DNA of 64,000 bases from Clostridia bacterium (GCA_045650505.1 JAZRRE010000030.1:78285-142284), one strand, 5' to 3'. Shown: positions 10,704 through 21,292, numbered from the stretch's first letter. A program made the numbers and translations. The notes: a model not told the origin generated them from the letters alone.

Positions 10704-11702
10704 TTATTTATCTCCAGGTTGTCCTGGTTGGCTTGGGTTTCCTGATTGTTTTGCAACCCTTCTTGCCATTCCTTGAGAGAATAATTTTTCAAGACCTCTA
10801 ATTCTAACAAATTCTTCAGGAGTTGTTGCTCTTGCTTTTGCCTTTTTGATTTTTTCTTCAAGTTTATCAAGTGTTTTATCACCGTCCATTTCACGGCCAG
10901 CAAGAACTGCATCTTTTGCGCTTCCAAGTGAAATGATTTGTGCCCCACCAAAACCAACAGCTTCAAGTGCGCGTCTGTGATGTTCTGGCATATTTGGGTT
11001 AAACACTTTATGAATAACATTCACATTTTCTGGGTGTTTTGGGTCATTAGACCTTGTCACAACCACAATCGCATCATAAAGCCCACGCTCTTCAATGTGC
11101 CCAACAGTTGTTGGAAGACCTTTATAAGCAAAGTCGTGATTTTCTTGAGGAACCCATCTGCAAGTGCCATCATAAGCAAGATTATCTTGACATCTGCGAA
11201 GCATACCTTCGTTGCTTGTCATTTCATCAGCAGCCATAACCACAATAACTCTTGCGTAGTCACTGTTTGTAAGGTCTGTGATTGCATAGTTGATAATTGT
11301 GTCATTTTTAAGAGTTTGGTGGATAATCATATTATATCCATTTGCTCTTGCGTGTTCGATTGCCCTTGGAGTTGTTGCGAAACTTAATTGGTCGGTGCAC
11401 TCTGTGTAAATTTCAGGGTGAACTTGATTGATTTCATCAACATTAGGGTGATACATTCTATAGTCATCATTATCAATCAAAACATAATTTGTGCCATGGT
11501 TTTGCATTATGTTTGTGATGATTCCACTCTTTCCTGAACCAGGTTGTCCACCAACAATAAATGCAACAGGTGCTGCTGATGGGGTTTTTGTTTCAGTTGA
11601 ACGAGCAAGTATTTTTTGAATGGTGCTTTCGAGTGTTTCAGGGTCAAGTTTATTCCCTGCAATATACATTTGTTGTTCTGGAGAAAAATCTTCAATAGCC
11701 AT
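10704..11702 (-). CDS. Zeta toxin (PezT-like) P-loop kinase
   Basis: GGQPGSGKS Walker A, IDNDDYRMYHP, RWVPQENHD..YKGLP match zeta family motifs. Confidence 0.88.
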   Translation of the reverse strand: MAIEDFSPEQQMYIAGNKLDPETLESTIQKILARSTETKTPSAAPVAFIVGGQPGSGKSGIITNIMQNHGTNYVLIDNDDYRMYHPNVDEINQVHPEIYTECTDQLSFATTPRAIEHARANGYNMIIHQTLKNDTIINYAITDLTNSDYARVIVVMAADEMTSNEGMLRRCQDNLAYDGTCRWVPQENHDFAYKGLPTTVGHIEERGLYDAIVVVTRSNDPKHPENVNVIHKVFNPNMPEHHRRALEAVGFGGAQIISLGSAKDAVLAGREMDGDKTLDKLEEKIKKAKARATTPEEFVRIRGLEKLFSQGMARRVAKQSGNPSQPGQPGDK

Positions 11703-11902
11703 TAGTTCTCTCCTTTAAGTGCATTACTGTAACTTTCTAAAACTTCATCAATAACCACTTCATTATTTTTTAAAATTTCTTCTTTCATTTGAACAAGTGC
11801 TGTTAAAAATGGATTAGTTGAATCATATCCATTTCTTGTTTCTTGAACGATAAGTCGTTCAACGATATCTTTTGCGATATCGATTTTATTAATTTGTTCC
11901 AT
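11702..11902 (-). CDS. Putative small helical antitoxin of zeta toxin
   Basis: 66-aa acidic helical ORF coupled to the toxin by TAATG overlap. Confidence 0.65.
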   Translation of the reverse strand: MEQINKIDIAKDIVERLIVQETRNGYDSTNPFLTALVQMKEEILKNNEVVIDEVLESYSNALKGEN

Positions 11903-11940
11903 AAAATCCTTAAATTTTTTTCTTTAGTAAAAGTAAATTT

Positions 11941-11973
11941 TTGGAGGGGTGTTTTTTAAAAAACACTCTCCAA
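11941..11973. promoter_or_regulatory. Near-perfect palindrome in leader of zeta operon
   Basis: ttggaggggtgtttttt/aaaaaacactctccaa, downstream of a minus-strand TTGACT-18-TATAAT. Confidence 0.55.
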
Positions 11974-12147
11974 CTTTCACTATTGGTATTATACCCCACT
12001 AAAAAATGTCAAGTCAACGCCAAACAAAACTATGGCAATACCGATAATTTATAGTCAGCATTAATAATTTTTATAATGCTATCAAAAATATTAAAAAATA
12101 AATAAAAATTCAACAAAAAATGCTGGAAAATATCCAGCATTTTGTTT

Positions 12148-14397
12148 TTATTCAGGTTTAGCATCTTCTGCTGCCTTTTTGATTGAAAGGCCAATACGCT
12201 TTTTAGCTTTGTCAATAGAAATAACTTTAACAGTAACAATTTGACCAACAGTAAGTTCTTCACTTGGGTGTTTGATGAATCTATCACAAATTTCACTGAT
12301 GTGAACTAAACCATCTTGGTGAACACCAATGTCAACAAATGCACCAAAGTCAATAACATTTCTAACAGTGCCTTTAAGCACCATTCCTTCTTGCAAATCT
12401 TCAATGCCTAAAACATCAGTGCGAAGTTCAAGGTGTTCTGCTTCTTCACGAATATCTCTGCCAGGCTTTACAAGTTCTGCAACAATGTCGGTTAAGGTTG
12501 GAACACCAATGCCAACTTCTTTTGCAATCTTTTCTTCGCCAGCTTCTTGAACAAGTTCAGGAAGTTTTGACACTTTGCCATTCTTCACATCTTCTTCTGT
12601 CATTTTGAAAGTTTTAAGAAGTTTTTTAGCACTGTCATAACTTTCAGGGTGAACTGAAGTGTTGTCTAAAATTTCATCACCATCAGCAATACGAAGGAAA
12701 CCTGCGCATTGTTCAAACGCTTTCGCACCAAGTTTTGGAACATTCAAAATATCTTTGCGAACTCTAAACGCACCATTCTTTTCACGGTATGCCACAATGT
12801 TTTTAGCAATACCTTCGTTAAGACCAGCAACTCTCTTTAAAAGGCTTGGGCTTGCAGTGTTGATATCTGCACCAACAGCGTTAACGCAGTCTTCAACAAC
12901 ACCATCTAAAACTTCAGTTAAACGTTTTTGAGGCATATCGTGTTGATATTGACCAACACCGATAGATTTAACATCAATCTTAATAAGTTCAGCAAGTGGG
13001 TCTTGAAGTCTTCTTGCGATTGAAACAGCACTACGAAGGTTAACATTATAGTCTGGGAATTCTTCAGCACCAAGTTTTGAAGCTGAATAAACTGAAGCAC
13101 CTGCTTCACTAACCACTGCGTAGCCAACTTTTCTTTCAAGTGTTTTGATAAGGTCAGCAACAAAAATTTCACTCTCTTTGCTTGCAGTTCCGTTGCCGAT
13201 TGAAATAACATCAACTTTATGTTTTGAAATAAGCATTGTCATAATGCGTTTAGCTTCATCAATCTTTTTAAATGGCTCTGTTGGATAAATAACGTTTGTG
13301 TCTAAAACTGTTCCGTTTTCATCAATAACAGCAAGTTTGCAGCCCATTCTGTATCCAGGGTCGAAACCTAAAATTCTCTTATTTTTGAGTGGCGCTTCCA
13401 TGAGGAGAGGTTTTAAGTTAAGTTCAAAGTTTTTAATTGCTTGTTCGTTTGCTGTGTCAGTAAGTTCTGCACGCACTTCTCTATCTAAGCTTGGCTCGAT
13501 GAGTCTTGCAAAAGAATCTGCTTGAACTTCACGAAGAAGGTCAGCAAAAATTGTGTCTTTAATCTTATAAGCCTTTTCAATGATTTCTAAACATTTTTCA
13601 AGATTCTTTTCAACAGAAACTTTAAGGAATGTTTCATTTTCACCACGATTGATTGCAAGAATTCTGTGTGATGGAATTTTTGAAATTTCTTGTTTGAAAC
13701 CATCATAAATTGCATAAGTGTCGGCTTCACGTGCTTTATCGTTGCCTTCTTTGTCTTCATATTTATTTGAGTTGTCAATAACTTCTTGCTTTTTCTTTTT
13801 GGTTTCTTTTTGCTTTTTCATTTCACTAGCAATAAAGCCGGTTTTTTGAATGAATGTTCGAAGTTCTTTTCGAAGGTCACTATCATCACTGATTTTTTCA
13901 GCAACAATATCTTTAGCGCCTTGGATTGCATCTTCAACAGTTTCAACACCTTTTTCAGGGTCAACAAATGCGCTAGCAATTTCTTCAATAGTTTTGCCGT
14001 CTGGTTTTTGTGCCATAAAGATATCAGCAAGTGGTTCAAGACCTTTTGCAATCGCAATGGTTGCCCTTGTTTGTCTTTTTGGCTTGAATGGACGATAAAT
14101 ATCTTCAAGTTCGGTAAGTGTTTTTGCACTGTCGAGTTTTTTCATAATCTCATCAGTGAGTTTACCTTGCTCATCAATTTGTTTAACAATAGTCTTTTTT
14201 CTGTCTTCAAAATTTCTTAAATATTGAAGTCTGTCTGCGAAGTTTCTGATAACTTGGTCATCTAAACTTCCGTGCATTTCTTTTCTGTATCTTGCAATGA
14301 AAGGAATTGTGCTTCCTTCATCTAAAAGAGCAATAAGGTTTGTTGAATATTCTTCCTTAATATTAAACTCTTTCGCAAGCATTTGATAAATTTCCAT
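12148..14397 (-). CDS. tex: Tex family RNA-binding transcriptional accessory protein
   Basis: TIPFIARYRKE, DPGYRMGCK, EAGASVYSAS, C-terminal S1 domain. Confidence 0.95.
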   Translation of the reverse strand: MEIYQMLAKEFNIKEEYSTNLIALLDEGSTIPFIARYRKEMHGSLDDQVIRNFADRLQYLRNFEDRKKTIVKQIDEQGKLTDEIMKKLDSAKTLTELEDIYRPFKPKRQTRATIAIAKGLEPLADIFMAQKPDGKTIEEIASAFVDPEKGVETVEDAIQGAKDIVAEKISDDSDLRKELRTFIQKTGFIASEMKKQKETKKKKQEVIDNSNKYEDKEGNDKAREADTYAIYDGFKQEISKIPSHRILAINRGENETFLKVSVEKNLEKCLEIIEKAYKIKDTIFADLLREVQADSFARLIEPSLDREVRAELTDTANEQAIKNFELNLKPLLMEAPLKNKRILGFDPGYRMGCKLAVIDENGTVLDTNVIYPTEPFKKIDEAKRIMTMLISKHKVDVISIGNGTASKESEIFVADLIKTLERKVGYAVVSEAGASVYSASKLGAEEFPDYNVNLRSAVSIARRLQDPLAELIKIDVKSIGVGQYQHDMPQKRLTEVLDGVVEDCVNAVGADINTASPSLLKRVAGLNEGIAKNIVAYREKNGAFRVRKDILNVPKLGAKAFEQCAGFLRIADGDEILDNTSVHPESYDSAKKLLKTFKMTEEDVKNGKVSKLPELVQEAGEEKIAKEVGIGVPTLTDIVAELVKPGRDIREEAEHLELRTDVLGIEDLQEGMVLKGTVRNVIDFGAFVDIGVHQDGLVHISEICDRFIKHPSEELTVGQIVTVKVISIDKAKKRIGLSIKKAAEDAKPE

Positions 14398-14581
14398 AAA
14401 ATACTTCCTTCTACAACATCTAGCAACCCACAAAAAGCAATTCACTTTTTATGACCGCCGTGAGATTATTATACCAAATCTTGTGCAAATTTCAAACCAA
14501 TTAAAAATTTATTTCATTTTTATGCAGTTTCGACAAATTTACGCATAAAAAAAGAAATGACTTTCGCCATTTCTTTTGATT

Positions 14582-15349
14582 TTAGAATGCTGTCAAACCA
14601 CTGTCTGCAGTAACAATAGCACCACTAACAACGGCAGCTTCATCACTAGCAAGGAAGAGTGCAACATTTGCAATTTCAATTGCTTCAGCACTTCTTGTTC
14701 CAAAGTTTGCAGAAAGCATAGCGCTTTGAAGACCTTTTTGGTCAGCATTTGCAAAAAGTTTTGGGTCTGTCATTTCAGTGTTGATTCCACCTGGGCAGAT
14801 AGCGTTGCAACGAATACCATCTAAACGGCAAGAGAATGCTGTGTTTTTGGTAAGACCAATAACAGCGTGTTTTGCCATTGTGTAAGCACAACCACTCTTT
14901 CCACCACAAATGCCTGCGATTGAAGCAACGTTAACAATGCTTCCCTTTATTTTGTTTTTCATAAACACATTAACAGCTTTTCTTGTTGCCCATGCTGGAC
15001 CATAAACGTCAACAGCCATAAGTCTTTGAAGAAGTTCTGTGTCAAGGTTTTCAACCGGTGCAAAGTTATCCATAACACCAGCGTTATTGATAAGAATATC
15101 AAGTTTGCCAAATTTTGAAACAGCAAAATCAATCATTTTTTCATTTGTCTCTTCAAGTGAAATGTCACCAGCAAAAGCAACAATTTCTCCTGGAAGTTTT
15201 TTGCTTTGTTTTTCAAGGTCTGCAAGTCTTTCAGCACGTCTAGCAACTGCAACAACCTTTGCACCTTCTTTAGCAAATAAAAGTGCGATATCTCTGCCAA
15301 CGCCACTAGAAGCACCTGTAACGACAGCAACTTTGTCTTTTAATCTCAT
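14582..15349 (-). CDS. SDR family oxidoreductase
   Basis: TGASSGVG, NNAG, YTMAK. Confidence 0.95.
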   Translation of the reverse strand: MRLKDKVAVVTGASSGVGRDIALLFAKEGAKVVAVARRAERLADLEKQSKKLPGEIVAFAGDISLEETNEKMIDFAVSKFGKLDILINNAGVMDNFAPVENLDTELLQRLMAVDVYGPAWATRKAVNVFMKNKIKGSIVNVASIAGICGGKSGCAYTMAKHAVIGLTKNTAFSCRLDGIRCNAICPGGINTEMTDPKLFANADQKGLQSAMLSANFGTRSAEAIEIANVALFLASDEAAVVSGAIVTADSGLTAF

Positions 15350-15555
15350 TATTTTGTTCTCCTTTTTTATCTTTTAGATATTTTCAATATATCTAAAAAT
15401 AATATATGTTGTCAAACTTCTTTAAATTATATTTAATTTTTTTAACATTTTTCGCACAAAACAAATGGGGTTAAAATGTAAATTTAAAAAACTTTTTCAA
15501 TTTTTCTTTGACAAAACCTCATTTAAATTTATACTTAAAGTGTAGGAGATATAAT

Positions 15556-16407
15556 ATGAAAATTGCAATATCAATGGAATCAACCTGTGACCTTCCAAAA
15601 GAACTTATTGAAAAATACGGATTTGAAACACTTGCTTATTCAGTTATTCTTGGCGACAATATTTACGAAGATGATGAAACTTTGCAAGCAAAAATCTTTG
15701 AATATGTTGAAAAAACAAAAGTGCTTCCAAAAACAAGCGCAATAAATGAAATGCAATATAAAGAATATTTCACATCACTTCTTGAAAAGTATGATGCTGT
15801 TGTTCATCTCACACTTTCAAGTGGGCTCACATCTTCATCAGCTCATGCACAAACTGCTGCTGAAAAAATGAAGAATGTTTATGTTATAGACTCACTTTCA
15901 CTTTCAACCGGAATTTCACTTCTTGGCATTTATGCAAAAGAGCTTGCTGATGCTGGCAAAACTCCTGAAGAAATTGTTGAAAAAGTAACAGCAAGAATCC
16001 CTTATGTTCAAGCAAGTTTTGTTGTTGAACGCCTTGACTATCTTTATAAAGGTGGCAGATGCAGTGCCCTTTCACTCTTTGGTGCAAACCTTTTAAAGAT
16101 TCGCCCACAAATTGTGGTTACAGACGGAAAAATGAAACCTGCTAAAAAGTATCGTGGAAAAATGCCAAAGGTTATTGAATCTTACTGTGCAGACACTCTT
16201 GAAGAATTTAACAATGCTGATAAAAAGATTGCATTCATCACATACACAACTGCAACAGAAGAAATGATTGAACCTGCTAAAAAAGCGTTGACAAATGCAG
16301 GTTTTGAAACTATAATTGAAACACAAGCTGGTGGAACAATCACATCTCATTGTGGTGAACACGTTCTTGGAATTTTGTATCTTAATGATGGAGACAAAAT
16401 TCAATAA
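15556..16407 (+). CDS. DegV/FakB family fatty-acid-binding protein
   Basis: STCDL, PKTSA, LSSGLTSS, YLYKGGR, SHCG; ATG 15556 after AGGAG. Confidence 0.92.
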   Translation: MKIAISMESTCDLPKELIEKYGFETLAYSVILGDNIYEDDETLQAKIFEYVEKTKVLPKTSAINEMQYKEYFTSLLEKYDAVVHLTLSSGLTSSSAHAQTAAEKMKNVYVIDSLSLSTGISLLGIYAKELADAGKTPEEIVEKVTARIPYVQASFVVERLDYLYKGGRCSALSLFGANLLKIRPQIVVTDGKMKPAKKYRGKMPKVIESYCADTLEEFNNADKKIAFITYTTATEEMIEPAKKALTNAGFETIIETQAGGTITSHCGEHVLGILYLNDGDKIQ

Positions 16408-16579
16408 TCAATGTTGGAATTTAGTTTATAAGAAATTATAAACAAATTCATATATCCATATAATTTGTATGGAAAAAGAAAAAAGCATAGCTATTCACTC
16501 CCTTTAAAGCTATGCTTTTTTCGAGCCCAAAATTATTAGCATTAAATCAAACAAAAAAGACCGGCAAACTTGCCGGTCT

Positions 16580-16786
16580 TTAATCTTCTAAACCTAACAT
16601 ATAATTTGGCGTAACACCAAAAAATTCACAAATCAACAACAGTGCATCAACGCTTGGCGACATTGCCCCATTTTCCCAACGAAGTATGGTGGTGTCACGA
16701 ACACCAAGAGCCTCACCAAGTTTGACTGCTGAAAGTTTTTTCTCTAACCTTAATTCTTTAAGCCTTTCACAAAATATTTTAACCAT
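16580..16786 (-). CDS. XRE/Cro-CI family HTH regulator, probably leaderless
   Basis: RLKELRLEKKLS..LGEALGV....ILRWENG; TATAAT 6 nt upstream of ATG, no SD. Confidence 0.9.
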   Translation of the reverse strand: MVKIFCERLKELRLEKKLSAVKLGEALGVRDTTILRWENGAMSPSVDALLLICEFFGVTPNYMLGLED

Positions 16787-16803
16787 AAATAAATTATATG
16801 CGA

Positions 16804-16848
16804 AAAAGCCGAGTTTTACTTTACATCGGCTTAAAAGCCGAGTATAAT
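16804..16848 (+). promoter_or_regulatory. Divergent sigmaA promoter with operator palindrome
   Basis: TTTACA(16820-25)-17-TATAAT(16843-48); spacer holds tcggctt-aa-aagccga; aaaagccgagt repeated at 16804 and 16833. Confidence 0.7.
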
Positions 16849-16901
16849 AAAACTGTTAGCATCTGCTAACTATCATATAATAAGTATGATATATCCTTAT
16901 G

Positions 16902-16935
16902 AAAAACACCCCTGCGAAAATGCAGGGGTGTTTCT
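16902..16935. terminator. Intrinsic terminator
   Basis: aaacacccctgc...gcaggggtgttt. Confidence 0.8.
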
Positions 16936-18928
16936 ATTCTTCTTCAGTTTCTTCTTTTGAAAGCACGGTTTCAATCTTTTCAAGTTTTTCTTGAATTTCA
17001 AGCCAATCAGCCATAAACTTTTCTATCTGGCTTTCAACCTTTTCAGTTTCTGCTTGAATTTCCATAAGTTTAACAAAATCAGTTGCAATTTCAGGGTTAA
17101 CAAAATCTTCTTGAAGTGCTTTTAGTTTTTCTTCGGCTTCTTTCGATTTTGCTTCTGTTTTTTTAAGTTGGTTTTCAAGTTTGTTCTTCTCTTTTCGAGC
17201 AAGATATGGTGACAAACTTAAAATTGGGTCATCTTCTTTCGGGTCATCAAAGTCGATTGGATACTCAACTTTTTCTGGCTTTGGTTTCTTTTCAATTTCT
17301 TTTGTGATTTCTTCAACTAATTTTGTGTTTGGGTGTGCATAGTCACTATACTTTCCATCAAAAATTTTAGTTTCACCAATTTCAAAAATCAAAAGTTTGG
17401 TTGCAATCTTATTCACAAAATATCTGTCGTGCGAAACAAAAATAACCGTTCCTTCATATTTCAAAATAAGTTCTTCAAGGGTTTCTTTGCTGGTGATGTC
17501 CATATGGTTTGTCGGTTCATCAAGAATCAACACATTTGGCTTGCGTTCAAAAATTTTGCAAAGCTCAAGCCTAACAAGTTCGCCGCCAGATAGACTTGAA
17601 AGTTTTTTAAGCACATCTTCACCTGAAAATAAAAATCTGCCAAGTGATGTTCGAACTTCATTGCCTGAAAGGTCAGGAAACGCAGCCTGAAAATCTTCAT
17701 AAATGGTTTTATGGCTTGAAGATTTTGAAGCAAGTTGCTCAAAATAGCCATACTCCACATTATAACCCCACTTGAAATGCCCCGAAAGCATTGGAAGTTT
17801 TTCAGTGATGGTTGCAAGAAGCGTTGACTTTCCAAGCCCATTGCCACCAATAATGCCAAGCCTATCATGTTTTAAAAGTTTGAAATCAACAGTTGAAAGC
17901 ACATTTTCGCGTATGTAGCCAATTTTTAAATTCACACACGAAAGCACTTCGTTTCCACTTTCAACTTCTGGCTTGATTCTTGCTTTAAAGGCTTTGTTGT
18001 CTGCCTTTTCTGGCTTTGGAATGATTTCCATTTTTTCAAGCATTTTAACTCTTGACTGCACAGCATTTGCCTTTGTTGCCTTATATCTAAACCTATCAAT
18101 GAAAGCTTGAATGTCAGCAATTTCTCTTTGCTGTGCTTCATACATTTTCATTTGGCTGTCAAAGTTTGCTTCTTTGGTTTCTAAAAACTTTGAATAATTG
18201 CCCGCATAACGAACAAGTTTTTTGTGAGCAATTTCATAAACCACATTCACAGTGTTATCTAAAAACGCTCTATCGTGCGAAACAATAACCACTGCTTTTT
18301 TGTAACTTGAAATATAATTTTCAAGCCAATTCACAGCCTTGATGTCAAGGTGGTTGGTTGGCTCATCAAGAAGCAAAAGGTCTGGTTTTGAAAGCACAAG
18401 TTTAATGAATGCAATCTTGGTTTTTTGTCCACCAGAAAATTCAAAAAGTTGTTTGAACTTGTCGGTTTCAGCAAAACCAAAAGATGATAAAATTGAGTTC
18501 ATTTCAGCCTTATATGAATAGCCGTCATTTCTTTCAAACTCATCATGCACTCTTGAAAATTCAGCAACCACTTTATCGCTATAATCAGTTTCAAGTTTCT
18601 TTTGAAGTTCATTAAGTCTGTTTTCTAAATCAATAATATGCTTATAGCATTTCAAAATTTCTTCTTCAAGTGTCACGCACTCATTGTCAAAAGTCATTTG
18701 TTTGAGTGTGCCAATGGTTGGACTTCCCGTCACCGAAAACACAGGTGAAGCATTGTCTGGCTGATGAAGTTCAATTTCGCCGGTAAGCATTTTAAGGATT
18801 GTGGTTTTGCCACTTCCGTTTCTGCCAATAATTGCAATTTTGTCAGTGGTGTTAACTTCAAACGAAAAGTTTTCTAAAATGTTTTCGCCATTATAACCAA
18901 AACTCGCCTTGTTGATTTTTATCTGCAT
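16934..18928 (-). CDS. ABC-F family ribosome-associated ATPase
   Basis: Two ABC cassettes (GRNGSGKT, FSGGQ, DEPTNHLD; GGNGLGKS, LSGGE), no TM, coiled-coil tail. Confidence 0.95.
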   Translation of the reverse strand: MQIKINKASFGYNGENILENFSFEVNTTDKIAIIGRNGSGKTTILKMLTGEIELHQPDNASPVFSVTGSPTIGTLKQMTFDNECVTLEEEILKCYKHIIDLENRLNELQKKLETDYSDKVVAEFSRVHDEFERNDGYSYKAEMNSILSSFGFAETDKFKQLFEFSGGQKTKIAFIKLVLSKPDLLLLDEPTNHLDIKAVNWLENYISSYKKAVVIVSHDRAFLDNTVNVVYEIAHKKLVRYAGNYSKFLETKEANFDSQMKMYEAQQREIADIQAFIDRFRYKATKANAVQSRVKMLEKMEIIPKPEKADNKAFKARIKPEVESGNEVLSCVNLKIGYIRENVLSTVDFKLLKHDRLGIIGGNGLGKSTLLATITEKLPMLSGHFKWGYNVEYGYFEQLASKSSSHKTIYEDFQAAFPDLSGNEVRTSLGRFLFSGEDVLKKLSSLSGGELVRLELCKIFERKPNVLILDEPTNHMDITSKETLEELILKYEGTVIFVSHDRYFVNKIATKLLIFEIGETKIFDGKYSDYAHPNTKLVEEITKEIEKKPKPEKVEYPIDFDDPKEDDPILSLSPYLARKEKNKLENQLKKTEAKSKEAEEKLKALQEDFVNPEIATDFVKLMEIQAETEKVESQIEKFMADWLEIQEKLEKIETVLSKEETEEE

Positions 18929-19112
18929 TTTCGACCTTCCTTTACCAGCAGATTATAACACACCTGCATTTTATTTTCAATCATAAATTATATCTAACAC
19001 AAAAAGGCTTTGTATCAAAATATTTGTGCATAATAATATCTTTTAATATTGACACACGGCTTGCGATTTTATTAAAATATTGTTAGTAGAAAATTTTTTA
19101 GGAGATACACTT

Positions 19113-20459
19113 ATGAAATTTAATGAAACCGGCGCTTTTATTTTAAGCGAAACAAAAAATGGTGAAAGAATTGTTTCTTGTGGTGGAAGAATTTCAACAC
19201 AACCAGGAACAGCCGTTGAACTTTACAAAAAAGCAACAGACAAAGAAAAGAACTTGAAACTTGTTTCAAGAGTTGTTGCTTCTGGTCACAAAACCATTCT
19301 CGAGCACCACTATTTCAACATTGCTTTCAACAATGTCAGCATTTTTATTGAACAATATTTAATCGAGTTTAGACTTGCTTCATTCACAATCAAGTCGGGC
19401 AGATATGTAAACTTCTCAAGCGCAGGTTTCAACCTTCCAAACTCATTCACTGATGAGCAAAAGAAACTTTTGAAAACACACTATAAAAAGATGTTCAAAA
19501 CTTATGACAAATTTGTTGCAGCAGGCATTCCTGTTGAAGATGCAAGATTTGTTTTGCCTTATGGTCTTAAAACCAACATTTATATGAGTATGAACGCAAG
19601 AGAGCTTGTTCATATCATCTGCTCAATGATTTATGGCAGAGGCAAATATTATGAAGAAATCATTGAACTTGGCTTGCAATTAAAAGCACAATTTGACGAG
19701 CGTTATCCAGGCCTTATTGAAGCAAACTCAAAATATTACACTGAAGACTTAAACAAAGTGCTTCAAATTTCTCAAGAACCTTGCAAAAAACCTGAATTTG
19801 TTTCACACTCTGCAAGCCTTATTTCAGGTTCAACTGGTAGTGGCGAGGCAATCAATGAATTTGCAAAAGCAAGTGGCTATGAAAAGTTTGACTTTGAAAC
19901 AGCCTTAAAAGATGACAAACAATCAAAACTTCTTGAGCATTTCTCATACACATTCAAAGTTAACCACTTTGCACTCATCATTTTAAAACACTATTCAAGA
20001 CACAGAATGCAAACCCTTTCAACTGCTCCAATCGTTCAAATGGCAGGCATTAACAAATTTGTTATTCCTGAAACAATTTTAGCAGAACCAGAACTTAAGA
20101 CAGAATTTGAAAAATGCATTAAAGAAAACAGAAGAATTTATAACAAATTACTCGAACAAAACATTAACCCATATTTAATGATTTACATCACCCCACACGC
20201 GACAGCAATTGACTTTGTTTCAACAATGAACGCTCGTGAACTTCTTCACTTTATGAACCTACGCACTTGCTCAAGAGCACAATGGGAAATCCGTTATCTT
20301 GCAAACGATATGCTTAAACTTTTAAAGAAACACGACCCAACACTTTTTGGTGGATTTGGTCCAAGTTGCTACACTTATGGCGTTTGCCCTGAAGGCAGAC
20401 TCTGCTGCGGAAAGCAAGCTGAAATGAAAGCAAAATTTGATAATTTGGAGAACGACTAA
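19113..20459 (+). CDS. thyX: FAD-dependent thymidylate synthase, tandem two-domain form
   Basis: GHKTILEH, EDARFVLP, MNAREL twice, RHR, LRTCSRAQWEIR; ATG 19113 after AGGAG. Confidence 0.9.
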   Translation: MKFNETGAFILSETKNGERIVSCGGRISTQPGTAVELYKKATDKEKNLKLVSRVVASGHKTILEHHYFNIAFNNVSIFIEQYLIEFRLASFTIKSGRYVNFSSAGFNLPNSFTDEQKKLLKTHYKKMFKTYDKFVAAGIPVEDARFVLPYGLKTNIYMSMNARELVHIICSMIYGRGKYYEEIIELGLQLKAQFDERYPGLIEANSKYYTEDLNKVLQISQEPCKKPEFVSHSASLISGSTGSGEAINEFAKASGYEKFDFETALKDDKQSKLLEHFSYTFKVNHFALIILKHYSRHRMQTLSTAPIVQMAGINKFVIPETILAEPELKTEFEKCIKENRRIYNKLLEQNINPYLMIYITPHATAIDFVSTMNARELLHFMNLRTCSRAQWEIRYLANDMLKLLKKHDPTLFGGFGPSCYTYGVCPEGRLCCGKQAEMKAKFDNLEND

Positions 20460-21292
20460 TGGAAAACATTATTCTTGATGGAAAAACCACTTCAAAAAAT
20501 ATTATTGAAGAACTCAAAGCAAAGTTTGAAAAAGAACCAACTGACAAACGCCTTGCAATTGTTTCTGCTGGTGATGACTATGGTTCAGCAGTTTATTGCA
20601 ATATGAAGAAAAAGAAGGCTGAATATATCGGCATTGGCTGTGATGTTTTTCACTTTGAAGAAACAGTAACTCAAGAAGAACTTGAAACAAAAGTTCGTGA
20701 GCTTAATGCTGATGACACTTATGCCGGAATTATGATTCAACACCCACTTCCAAAAAGCATAAATGAACAAGCTTGTTTCAACTTAATCTCACCTGAAAAA
20801 GATGTTGACGGACTTTCTGCAACAAGCTTTGGCTATATTGTTCAAGACAGACAACTTTTTGCCCCAGCAACAGCACTTGGCATTATGAAACTTTTAAAGG
20901 CTTATGACATCAACCTTGTTGGCGAAGAAGTTTTAATGGTTGGAAAGAGCCAAATTGTTGGTCTTCCACTTGCTGTTATGCTTATGAAAGCTGGCGCAAC
21001 CGTAACCGTTGCACACTCAAGAACAAAAGACCTTGCTTCAATGGTTAAGAACTATAAAATTGTTATCGTTGCAATCGGCAAACCTGAACTTGTGAAAGCA
21101 GAATGGTTCACCGAAGGTCAAATTATTGTTGATGCTGGCTACAACGAAGGCAATGTTGGAGATGTTGACCATTTGGCTTATGAAAAGGCAAGCTATTACA
21201 CTCCTGTTCCTGGCGGTGTTGGTCCAATGACCATTGCTTCACTTATGAGTCAAACTGCAACTGCAATTGATAATATGAAAAATAATAAATAA
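20459..21292 (+). CDS. folD: Methylene-THF dehydrogenase/cyclohydrolase
   Basis: GIMIQHPLP, EKDVDG, GKSQIVGLP, TPVPGGVGPMT. Confidence 0.96.
   Translation: MENIILDGKTTSKNIIEELKAKFEKEPTDKRLAIVSAGDDYGSAVYCNMKKKKAEYIGIGCDVFHFEETVTQEELETKVRELNADDTYAGIMIQHPLPKSINEQACFNLISPEKDVDGLSATSFGYIVQDRQLFAPATALGIMKLLKAYDINLVGEEVLMVGKSQIVGLPLAVMLMKAGATVTVAHSRTKDLASMVKNYKIVIVAIGKPELVKAEWFTEGQIIVDAGYNEGNVGDVDHLAYEKASYYTPVPGGVGPMTIASLMSQTATAIDNMKNNK

Noticed and set aside
16886-16960. 24-codon ORF downstream of the XRE divergent promoter
   Set aside because: No SD and it runs through a terminator into the ABC-F antisense strand
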